A stretch of 64,000 nucleotides of DNA from a virus (lineage: Duplodnaviria; Caudoviricetes): IMG/VR virus record IMGVR_UViG_3300005512_000001, positions 160,001 to 224,000 of that record; one strand, written 5' to 3'. The translations under genes and the position numbers were made by a program. Position 1 is the stretch's first letter. Every line of letters begins with the position of its first letter. This document shows positions 28,658-36,995 of this stretch, piece after piece. The notes below the pieces were generated by a model. The model worked only from the letters and a program-made list of their open reading frames with translations. It was not told where the DNA came from and did not search any database.

Positions 28658-30163
28658 TTATAAGTGCAGGATAAATCGTTTCTTTTGAGACCCATGCACT
28701 TTTGTATATCCGAATTTTTCGGCGAATTCTGATTCTTTCATCCCCATTTTAATAGCGCGATTATATAAAGTTTTTTTATGCATGACCCATTTATCTTGAG
28801 AGACATACCAATAGCTAGGCGGGATTGTTTTATCTAGTTTAAAGTTGCATGCTAGATACAACGACCCCGTGTGGTTAAATGTAGTATCAGTATATGCGAT
28901 AATGCATTTGTATTTCTTGGGCAATTTGTTTATGCATTTAGATATTAACCATGACCCAAAATTTTTCTTCTGGTATTTGGGGTGTATGCAGAATCTTGAC
29001 AATTCTCTTACGCACGACTTGTTATAATTAGCGATTTGGATGTTTTGTCTAACCAATGGCGAGAAAATGCATATAGCAATTAATTTGTTCTCCAAATATG
29101 CCCCGTAAGCGATTCCACCACGTCCTGCGGTCGCTAGATAGTGGTATTTTGCAAGTAGTGGTGTGTATTCGTTCGATTTTGATTTATGTATTGCAACATC
29201 ATCGAAACTAAAGCTTATAAGTTTGGTATTGCTTATATTGAGCCAATATTCTATAGTATTAATAATCTTGTTGTGTTGGTAAAATTCGTGTTCCCATAAG
29301 TATTTAAGCTCATATTCGGATGCCAAATAATTTTTCACATATTCTTGCTTTCTGATGTCTCTTAATTTCGTCTTTGTATTATTGTGCCAATAATCGCCTT
29401 GGCATTCAATTAGTAATGTTTTGCTATTGGGTCTTGGTATAACACAATCGAATGACCATGGCCCTATTCTACATTGTGGGTCATCAGGCTTGTCATTATA
29501 TTCTCTGAAGTATGTTATGTTTAAATCATCTAATATTGAATATAACATACTTTGAATATTGGATACTTTTGGTGTATTGGCGAGCCTAATAGCTTGTTTT
29601 TCTAAATATTCAGTTGTTTTATGCGACTTTATTTGTTTCTCTATGAATCCTGGTTTTCTTATAGCTTTGTAATACTTGCTTCTGTGTTCTGGTGACTTCC
29701 ATAAATGGTTTGATATGCTCCTTAACTTTTCTATTTGCGATGCATTAATTGTGGCCATTTTTTGTTTGAATTCTGGGTCTAGCCATAACTTCCGCAATGA
29801 TTCGGTTATTTTTTGTCCGAATTCTGGGTCTTGCCACAATTTTTTGGATTTTTCGCTTATTTTCTTTTTAGTTGCAGGCGAGTGTGGTTGTTTATTTTTT
29901 GGCACTTTTTTATTGGCCCTATAAGATTGGTCCTGCCATACCCTCTTCATGTTGTCAGATTGCTTTGTTTTGTATTTGTCGCTTTTATTAACACAGGCCC
30001 TACATACATAAATTGGGTTCTTTTTGCGCAGCAATTTATATCCTTTATAATTCTGTTGTGTAATTTTATTGCATTTAGAGCATTGAATAATAACACTGTC
30101 TTTATTTTTTGCAGTTTCCTTTGTGATTCCATATTTTTTCTTGGTTTTGTCCCACAATATCAT
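28658..30163 (-). CDS. Vsr/DUF559 nuclease-Mom-like acetyltransferase fusion, copy 2
   Basis: FDCVIP..IECQGDYWH..LWEHEF; KYHYL, ELSRFCIHP, IAYTD..HTG.LY.A.NF; N-terminal W.DPEF repeats. Confidence 0.75.
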   Translation of the reverse strand: MILWDKTKKKYGITKETAKNKDSVIIQCSKCNKITQQNYKGYKLLRKKNPIYVCRACVNKSDKYKTKQSDNMKRVWQDQSYRANKKVPKNKQPHSPATKKKISEKSKKLWQDPEFGQKITESLRKLWLDPEFKQKMATINASQIEKLRSISNHLWKSPEHRSKYYKAIRKPGFIEKQIKSHKTTEYLEKQAIRLANTPKVSNIQSMLYSILDDLNITYFREYNDKPDDPQCRIGPWSFDCVIPRPNSKTLLIECQGDYWHNNTKTKLRDIRKQEYVKNYLASEYELKYLWEHEFYQHNKIINTIEYWLNISNTKLISFSFDDVAIHKSKSNEYTPLLAKYHYLATAGRGGIAYGAYLENKLIAICIFSPLVRQNIQIANYNKSCVRELSRFCIHPKYQKKNFGSWLISKCINKLPKKYKCIIAYTDTTFNHTGSLYLACNFKLDKTIPPSYWYVSQDKWVMHKKTLYNRAIKMGMKESEFAEKFGYTKVHGSQKKRFILHL

Positions 30164-30192
30164 ATGTGAATTCCTTTATTGAAAGGTTCGCA

Positions 30193-30235
30193 TTATATTA
30201 TTTTTGAATACTGGCACACATCAAAAATAATATAA
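30193..30235. promoter_or_regulatory. Back-to-back identical putative late-promoter motifs (TCAAAAATAATATAA on each strand)
   Basis: 15-bp inverted repeat at 30193-30207 and 30221-30235 between divergent genes. Confidence 0.6.
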
Positions 30236-30265
30236 GGTGTTTGTCCTGAGTAAAGGAGAAAGAAA

Positions 30266-30673
30266 ATGGCAAGTCAGCCACTAAACACACAGATTCAAGT
30301 TTTCCGCAGGGTTAGGGCGCAACGCGAACCGCAGCGTCATGACTCAATCAAGAACATCACGGGCAAGCTTCGTCGGCTAATCTTAATTGCGCCGGGTGAA
30401 GAAGTAAGGACAGCAGTCGTATCGCGTGATACTAGCGTTACCGACTTCTCGACCTACATGGGAGAGGCAAGCGCAGTGGCACAAAGAGGTCATCCAATTG
30501 TTGTTGGGGTCCAGGCGGTCAAGGACTTCAGCGTGGTCCAGCAAATTTCTGGCGTCGATTTCCCAGTCGAAATCGGTGGCGACAAATTTGTTCAGGAAAC
30601 TGCAGCTACCGTTGGTGGCGACGTACATCAGGACGCTCGCGACACTACCGGTGGTACAACCAACAGGCTGTAA
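30266..30673 (+). CDS. Probable highly expressed virion protein
   Basis: AAGGAG RBS, late-type motif upstream, terminator downstream. Confidence 0.55.
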   Translation: MASQPLNTQIQVFRRVRAQREPQRHDSIKNITGKLRRLILIAPGEEVRTAVVSRDTSVTDFSTYMGEASAVAQRGHPIVVGVQAVKDFSVVQQISGVDFPVEIGGDKFVQETAATVGGDVHQDARDTTGGTTNRL

Positions 30674-30704
30674 GCCTGTTAAAATTAAACTTGACAAACA
30701 CCAA

Positions 30705-30740
30705 GAAGGGCCAGGAAACTGGCCCTTCGTTTTGTATTTT
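30705..30740 (+). terminator. Rho-independent terminator
   Basis: GAAGGGCCAG-GAAA-CTGGCCCTTC stem-loop followed by GTTTTGTATTTT. Confidence 0.8.
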
Positions 30741-30762
30741 AATTAACCGATAGAAATGATTA

Positions 30763-32307
30763 ATGGCTAATTTAGAGCGGAAAATTTGGCGTAATTCTGA
30801 ATGGTTATATGACCATTATTATAATAAAAAATTATCATATTCGCAGATGTCAAATATTGTTGGGGTTTCGAAAAGAGCTATGATTTTCGCATGTAAACAA
30901 TTTGGGATTAAATCTAGAAGTACATCAGAATCGTTATCTGCACCTATGCCTACCCGAAAAGATTTAGAGAAGCTATATTGTACTCAACAATTAAGCCAAT
31001 CCCAAATATCTAAAATTTATGGGGTTTCACAATCAGTAGTCCATAAATGGATGAAAAAATATGGCATTAAAAGTAGAGACCATAAAAATGCTACCCAGAT
31101 AAGATTGGGATATGGTAAGAAACCATTATGCGAATGGGCAAATTCGCAATGGTTGATAGAACAATATGAAAGTAAATCTGTATCGGAGATAGCATCGGGT
31201 GTTGGCTGGTCAACTACTTTTGTGCATGACACGATGGCGGAGCTTGGCCTTGAAATGAGGTCCAACTCTGAAGCCATGCTGATGCAATCTAATAAGATAT
31301 CAAAGAGGATGCGTGATAAATGGTGTGACCCTGAATATCGCAAATTTATGCTCGCTAAAATGGCAGCATATCCGAAAGTATCTTCATTGCAGACAAAATT
31401 ATATGGCATATTAGATGAGATGGGAATTGAATACTATAGAGAACATAATGATAAAGAAGACGATGTGCAATGTGTAATTGGGTATTGGCATTTTGATTGT
31501 GTGATTCCGAAGCATGATGCTAAAAATCTTATAATTGAATGTAATGGTGACTATTGGCATTCGCTGCCAGAAGTAGTGGCAAATGACCGCAGAAAATCGA
31601 ATTATATTTATAAATACCAGAATGATGCTTATGACTTAAAATATTTATGGGAACATGATTTCGCTAATATAGATAGAGTGAAACAATTAATTAGATATTG
31701 GGTTGGATTGCATAAACTAGATGTTATTAAGTTCCAATTTAATATGGTAAATATACGTCAAATTAACTATGTTGAGGCTATTAAACTGCTTGGTGCCTAT
31801 CACTATATAGGCACAGCCAGAAAAAATTCCAAAAATTATGGTGCATTCCTTGGAGATGAATTGATTGCAGTTGGGTCGTTTGGTCCAATCACTAGAAAAC
31901 AATCAGCAGATAGACTTGAATTAAAATATGACGAATTAATAGAATATACCAGACTATGTATTCACCCAAGCTATCAGAAGAAGAACTTTGCGACCTGGTT
32001 GACTGCTAAATTTATTAAAAAGATTCGCAACGATTTTCAAAATGCAAAAGCTATAATTGCATTTGCAGATTTGTCGCACAACCATGTTGGTACCATATAC
32101 AAGGCCGGAAATTGGGAGTTCAATGGTGTGGTGCCCCCCAGTTATTGGTATCTTGATGTTGATGGTTTTGTTTGGCACAAGAAAACTGTTTATAATAAAG
32201 CTGTTAAATCAGATATGAAAGAATCTGAATTTGCATGCCAGAATGAGTTATCAAAAATCTATGGCAAGGAAAAATATCGATATATTTATTGGTTGCGACT
32301 GTATTAG
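30763..32307 (+). CDS. Vsr/DUF559 nuclease-Mom-like acetyltransferase fusion, copy 3 (three HTH repeats at N-terminus)
   Basis: HTH repeats; FDCVIP..IECNGDYWH..LWEHDF; YHYI, EYTRLCIHP, IAFAD..HVGTIYKAGNW. Confidence 0.75.
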   Translation: MANLERKIWRNSEWLYDHYYNKKLSYSQMSNIVGVSKRAMIFACKQFGIKSRSTSESLSAPMPTRKDLEKLYCTQQLSQSQISKIYGVSQSVVHKWMKKYGIKSRDHKNATQIRLGYGKKPLCEWANSQWLIEQYESKSVSEIASGVGWSTTFVHDTMAELGLEMRSNSEAMLMQSNKISKRMRDKWCDPEYRKFMLAKMAAYPKVSSLQTKLYGILDEMGIEYYREHNDKEDDVQCVIGYWHFDCVIPKHDAKNLIIECNGDYWHSLPEVVANDRRKSNYIYKYQNDAYDLKYLWEHDFANIDRVKQLIRYWVGLHKLDVIKFQFNMVNIRQINYVEAIKLLGAYHYIGTARKNSKNYGAFLGDELIAVGSFGPITRKQSADRLELKYDELIEYTRLCIHPSYQKKNFATWLTAKFIKKIRNDFQNAKAIIAFADLSHNHVGTIYKAGNWEFNGVVPPSYWYLDVDGFVWHKKTVYNKAVKSDMKESEFACQNELSKIYGKEKYRYIYWLRLY

Positions 32308-32345
32308 GATTTCTTCAAATATATTTACAGAATTGGAGAACAGAT

Positions 32346-32912
32346 ATGCCTAATAGAGTACCATTTACAGCCTATTTCAAGATTGTTCCGGAGCGTGGCA
32401 GCGGAAAGAGATTCGAGATTCAGCGGAGTCGTGAACGATTTGCCCGTTTAGTCTGGAATGATTTAAATACGAACCTGGAAAATGCTATCCCCGGTGCTGG
32501 AACTGGACTAGGAACGACTGTTGGTGCCAATTTCACAGTCCCTGGCGGCTCAATACATTGGGGCTTGGCTGCTAGTGATAGTTCGTTGTCAAGCAATATG
32601 GGTGCTGTTGCGGTAAAACCTCAGTTCGGCGAGTCACCAGATACTCTGACGGTGGTGGGATTCTATGAAGGCTCTAATGTTATTCCGTATAGTGAAAAAC
32701 AATTAATAAGCGGCGGTAGAGTATGGAATGGTCCGGCTACTGGCACACCCGCCTACACTATTAGCACTGAGCCAAATGCAGCTAATAGAAGTGCTGCTAG
32801 AGCATTAAAGACGGCATTAGAAGGTGCCATAGAGTCAGTTGAAGTCGAGATGATTAAACTGGAAATAAACGGCGTTAAATATGGTCGTGGTGGATTACAT
32901 TTTCCGTTATAA
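32346..32912 (+). CDS. Probable virion protein
   Basis: GGAG RBS, late-type motif at 32315, G/T/S-rich. Confidence 0.5.
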   Translation: MPNRVPFTAYFKIVPERGSGKRFEIQRSRERFARLVWNDLNTNLENAIPGAGTGLGTTVGANFTVPGGSIHWGLAASDSSLSSNMGAVAVKPQFGESPDTLTVVGFYEGSNVIPYSEKQLISGGRVWNGPATGTPAYTISTEPNAANRSAARALKTALEGAIESVEVEMIKLEINGVKYGRGGLHFPL

Positions 32913-32918
32913 TCTAAC

Positions 32919-33356
32919 ATGAAACTACCGATGCTATATGAGACAATGGGCAGCGCAGACCCTGTGGTTTTTCGGGCTGGGTCGTCAGAAGGTATTCTTC
33001 TTCATTTTGGAACTATGGCCGCAGCACAAAAAGCATCTATAGGACGTGATATTCATCGTGGAATTTTGAAATTAAATAGCCCGGCAACTATGGTGGATTC
33101 TGGACGGTCTCATAATATTAATCCAGTTGCATTAGCACAAGATATTGTTGCAGGAAACAATCCAGGCATAACAGCGGACCTTATTCCTGTTATTAAGAAG
33201 ATTTTAGATAATAAGGGCATTAAGGCTGCTTTTGAAGGAATCCGAGATGCACTGAAAAATCATGAGTATGATGGTGTTGCGTATGTTAATACTAATGAGG
33301 ACCCTGGGTCAATTTCATATATCGCATTAGATGGTAATCAATTCATGAAAGGATAA
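32919..33356 (+). CDS. ADP-ribosyltransferase-like protein (ART-PolyVal-like)
   Basis: HFGT..AA, L.L..P, L....YDG..Y.N..E..GS.SYI.L...Q. Confidence 0.5.
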   Translation: MKLPMLYETMGSADPVVFRAGSSEGILLHFGTMAAAQKASIGRDIHRGILKLNSPATMVDSGRSHNINPVALAQDIVAGNNPGITADLIPVIKKILDNKGIKAAFEGIRDALKNHEYDGVAYVNTNEDPGSISYIALDGNQFMKG

Positions 33357-33357
33357 G

Positions 33358-33579
33358 ATGATGGCGTTACCAGCATTTGGTTTTGGAAGAGGTTTTGGCT
33401 TTAAGAGAGGTTTAGGTTTGGGTAGAGGCTTCGGTGGCGGTAGAGGCCAAGGCGTGAAAGATGGCACTGGCGGTGGTGTGGGGCGAGGTACTGGCAGACG
33501 TGCACAGTCTCTTGCTAAGAAGCAAGAGCGGGCAGCACGCAGAGCAACATGCCCACGCCGGAATACACCTGAGAAATAA
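33358..33579 (+). CDS. Small Gly/Arg-rich basic protein
   Basis: GRG/GFG repeats; directly follows the previous ORF. Confidence 0.45.
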   Translation: MMALPAFGFGRGFGFKRGLGLGRGFGGGRGQGVKDGTGGGVGRGTGRRAQSLAKKQERAARRATCPRRNTPEK

Positions 33580-33625
33580 GAGCATTGCAAGACGGCAATA
33601 TATGTTGACGCATACCCTGTGATGT

Positions 33626-35089
33626 TTAAAGATGTTTAATGAACCTTAGGACTTCTAGGCCCTTTATTTTATGCAGACCGTTTGTATTTGCATAATCTTG
33701 TTCTTTCATTCTCAGCCGCTTAGCTTGATCCCATACTGATTTTTTGTAATATCTTGTACCATTAGAATCAATATACCAGTAAGACGGTTTTGTCCTCCCG
33801 TCTTCTTGCCACCCAGCTGCTTTATAAACGGTGCCGCTGTGTCCAGCCCCTATGTCTGAAAATGCTATTAATGTTTTGATATGCTTTGGAATAAATTTCA
33901 TAGATTTCGCTATAAACCACGATGCGAAATTCTTTTTATGATATTCAGGGTGGATGCATAACCGTTGCAACTCTAATATTTCTTTGTGTTCTAAATTCAA
34001 TCTAGCGGCCGTCTGTAATCTTGTGATGCCTGTATAATTTATTGCCGCTACTAATTTGTTGTCCAGAAATGCACCAATACCCAACCCCGCTCTACCTTTA
34101 GATAAGTAATGATATAGATTAAAGAAATCATTTATCACGCTTTTACGGATGATTTTAACTTCAACATGTTTGAGGTCAAATTGTTTTGATATATCCTCTT
34201 GATGTAGGACATTCTTTAAGATATGTCTAATACTATTTAAGCCATAAAACTGGTGTTCGTAAATATAATATAATTCCCATTTATCAGACAAATATTTGTC
34301 GAAATATGTCTTCTTTTGTTTGTCTCTAGTTATTCTAGATGGGCGTGAATGCCAATATTCTCCTTGGCATTCGATTAAAATATTGCGATCTTTATAGGAA
34401 AAACCGACATCAAATGACCATGGTCCTAGGCTTATTGGTTGTGCATCGATTCCCATGCTTTGCAGGGAATTAATAATTATGTTATCTAATATGGATATAG
34501 GTGACAAGTTAGATATAGCTGTAGCTTGTTTTTGTCTATATTGTTTTGACTTCCACATCCTCTTTGAATTGGCACTTACTTTTTGTTTGAATTCATCTGA
34601 ACTGGTTGCTAGGTTTATTCCTTGAGTTGTTTTAATAAAGTATTCTGAATCTTTCCACAACTTCACTGCCAGTTCTGATTGCAATTTTTTACGTGCTGGT
34701 GTCCAACTTTTCTTTAATGATTCAGATATCTTCTTCTTTTTTACGTCGGTTGTGGATTTTTTTATGCCAGCAATGATACTATCACGATTCTTTTCCCAAT
34801 TCTTTTTAGCTGATTCTGATAATTTTTGCTTTCTGTTGCTTTGTATCCTTTTCATTATTTCTGAATGTTTTGTCCTATTGGCTTTATTCGACCAGTGGTT
34901 TTTAGAACGTTGCGATATATGGTCGGATTTTAGTAACATTCCTTTACTTATGCTTCTGGTTTTAATGCCAAATTTCTTTACATAATATCGGATTGTAGCT
35001 GGAGACACTGAGCATCGCTTTGCTATGTCTCTGATACTCATTATTGAATATGCGGTTTGTAACTCATCTTTATTTTTGTGATTTATCAT
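33626..35089 (-). CDS. Vsr/DUF559 nuclease-Mom-like acetyltransferase fusion, copy 4
   Basis: HTH plus repeats; FDVGF..IECQGEYWH..IYEHQF; YHYL, ELQRLCIHP, IAFSD..HSGTVYKAAGW. Confidence 0.75.
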   Translation of the reverse strand: MINHKNKDELQTAYSIMSIRDIAKRCSVSPATIRYYVKKFGIKTRSISKGMLLKSDHISQRSKNHWSNKANRTKHSEIMKRIQSNRKQKLSESAKKNWEKNRDSIIAGIKKSTTDVKKKKISESLKKSWTPARKKLQSELAVKLWKDSEYFIKTTQGINLATSSDEFKQKVSANSKRMWKSKQYRQKQATAISNLSPISILDNIIINSLQSMGIDAQPISLGPWSFDVGFSYKDRNILIECQGEYWHSRPSRITRDKQKKTYFDKYLSDKWELYYIYEHQFYGLNSIRHILKNVLHQEDISKQFDLKHVEVKIIRKSVINDFFNLYHYLSKGRAGLGIGAFLDNKLVAAINYTGITRLQTAARLNLEHKEILELQRLCIHPEYHKKNFASWFIAKSMKFIPKHIKTLIAFSDIGAGHSGTVYKAAGWQEDGRTKPSYWYIDSNGTRYYKKSVWDQAKRLRMKEQDYANTNGLHKIKGLEVLRFIKHL

Positions 35090-35188
35090 TTAGTTTCAAT
35101 TTCCTTCATTTTTATATACTATGTTTGATTATGACGATTGCTCATGGGCATAATTGATTATTTGGCAAATATAATATGAGGTGCAACT

Positions 35189-35905
35189 ATGGCGATAGTA
35201 GGTCCGTCAGATTTACCATACATTTTGCAAGTTGATAGCGACCCAATGAAGAAATACGTATTATCTAAATTGGGTCACCCGGTGGTTGAGGTAGAAATCA
35301 CAGAAGACCAGTGGGAAACGGTCCTACGTACTACTGGCAATTTCATAGCTCATTACTTTTCAAAAGAGCAGATGTTTGCTGTTTTCTACACCACGCCTCT
35401 AGAGAACACATATGATTTACCGAATAATGCATATTGGATTCAAGAGGTGGCATGGGATCCAGTAACGACAATGATTGACCAAATATTCGGTGCGGAGAGC
35501 TTTTTATTCTGTTTTGGTCCTGGCACCAAAATTCTGCGGTCAGATGGTGAGATGATTCTTATTGATGAATGGCAAGAGGATTATAAGGCCAAAACACCAT
35601 TTGGCGACAAGAAGATTAAAATAGAAAAACATGATAAAGACCAGCAGTTGCTAGAAATTGAACATGAATATGGGAAAATTGTAGTCACGCCAAACCATCC
35701 ACTAAAGACGAGTAGTTTAGACGATATGATGGATGGATGGGTGCCTGCTGATGAATGTGTTGTTGGCTCCGATATAATGACGAGCGACGGACCATCTAAA
35801 GTTGTTAGTGTTAAAGAATTGAATGGCCCTACCAACTCTATTATTGTGCCTGGGGCACATTGTTTTTGGGCAAGTGTAGATGGACAACCTATATTGGTGA
35901 GTTAG
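35189..35905 (+). CDS. Neck protein (T4 gp13-like), N-terminal half fused to a Hint domain
   Basis: YVLSKLGHPVVEVEITEDQ resembles gp13 Y.LR.LG.PV..I.V..EQ; Hint domain from Cys108. Confidence 0.8.
   Translation: MAIVGPSDLPYILQVDSDPMKKYVLSKLGHPVVEVEITEDQWETVLRTTGNFIAHYFSKEQMFAVFYTTPLENTYDLPNNAYWIQEVAWDPVTTMIDQIFGAESFLFCFGPGTKILRSDGEMILIDEWQEDYKAKTPFGDKKIKIEKHDKDQQLLEIEHEYGKIVVTPNHPLKTSSLDDMMDGWVPADECVVGSDIMTSDGPSKVVSVKELNGPTNSIIVPGAHCFWASVDGQPILVS
35510..35902 (+). mobile_element. Hint/intein domain (131 aa) lacking terminal Asn and C-extein
   Basis: CFGPGTKI, VTPNHP, WVPADEC..G, IIVPGAHCFWA...ILVS then TAG. Confidence 0.8.
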
Positions 35906-36008
35906 ATGAATAATTTTTCGATATATTATGATGGAAGTATAACCGCTGGTGGCGTATTTGGCGATGATTCTGATTATCATACTTATATGGGCAATCAAAT
36001 ATAAATAT

Positions 36009-36995
36009 GTGAGCAATAAAATAGATATACAAGTAGATGAGTTAAAAGAATATTTCAAAAATCATACTTTAAAACAATGTGCAATTAAATTTAATTGCTC
36101 TAAAGTAACTATAAAACGCAAATTGCAGTTTGTTGGTGTCGACACTTCAATTCACAATCATAGTCAATTGGCTTTAGATGCACATCGTAAATCTTTAAAA
36201 GACACTTCTAAATTAACTAAGGAATTTTTATATCAAGAATATGTTGTTCAGAATAAGGATGCTAAGACAATAGCGGAAGAAACTGGATTCCATTTTAATA
36301 CTATTAGGAATCGAACGCGCGAATTTGGGTTTAAAAAAGACCCTAAAAATGCTTCAATTTCAATGCAGTTGCGATATATGAAAAAGACAGGGTATCTTCA
36401 TCCTGGGCATAATCCGATAAATATAGCCAAGATAAACAAAAGACGGTCAAGATTTGAATATCATCCAGTTAAATCAGAAAAGTTAGTATTGTTCAAGTCA
36501 TTGCATGAGCTATGTTATGCATTATTGCTTGATAACGACCCAGATGTTGAGTCATGGGATTATGAACTAATTAAAATCCCATATATGGATGTAATAAAGA
36601 GACGCATGAGAATGTATTATGTTGATTTTTCAATTCAAGCTAAAAGCGGCGACCGATGGGTTGAAGTTAAACCAGCCAATAAAATGGTTCCACATATGAA
36701 GCGGCTATACGCCTCATATGCAGCAAAAAAAGCTGGCATAAAGTTTAGAGGATTGACCAATGATGAACGTAAGTTAGGATATGATTTGTTTATTGGTGGG
36801 TATAATTATGACAGAATTGGTTTTAGAAATGTAAAATCATTAAAATTGGGGTCATGCTATACTTTGTGGCTCAAAGATATTAATGAATTAAAAGAGGTAG
36901 AACATGACCACTATAAATACACAGACCAACTTGGCCCATTTCACCGATGCAAGTTCAAAGCCAAGGCTAAAAATAAATCTGTCGCCTCTCACTAG
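36009..36995 (+). CDS. HTH plus TnsA-like PD-(D/E)xK endonuclease (free-standing homing-endonuclease-like)
   Basis: HTH repeats; FKS.HE......LD.D..V..W.YE...IPY......YYVDF......VEVKP; probable GTG start at 36009. Confidence 0.7.
   Translation: MSNKIDIQVDELKEYFKNHTLKQCAIKFNCSKVTIKRKLQFVGVDTSIHNHSQLALDAHRKSLKDTSKLTKEFLYQEYVVQNKDAKTIAEETGFHFNTIRNRTREFGFKKDPKNASISMQLRYMKKTGYLHPGHNPINIAKINKRRSRFEYHPVKSEKLVLFKSLHELCYALLLDNDPDVESWDYELIKIPYMDVIKRRMRMYYVDFSIQAKSGDRWVEVKPANKMVPHMKRLYASYAAKKAGIKFRGLTNDERKLGYDLFIGGYNYDRIGFRNVKSLKLGSCYTLWLKDINELKEVEHDHYKYTDQLGPFHRCKFKAKAKNKSVASH

Noticed and set aside
30662-30680. Small hairpin AACAGGCT-GTA-AGCCTGTT over the stop codon as a separate terminator
   Set aside because: No plus-strand U-tract follows; the stronger GAAA-loop hairpin at 30705 explains termination.
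35903-35905. Genome-wide TAG recoding to explain the Hint stop
   Set aside because: TAG ends many clearly complete genes (e.g. UDG at 9483, ssb at 21712) and long ORFs are intact in the standard code. Readthrough would also give no C/S/T +1 residue and would hit TAA at 36004.
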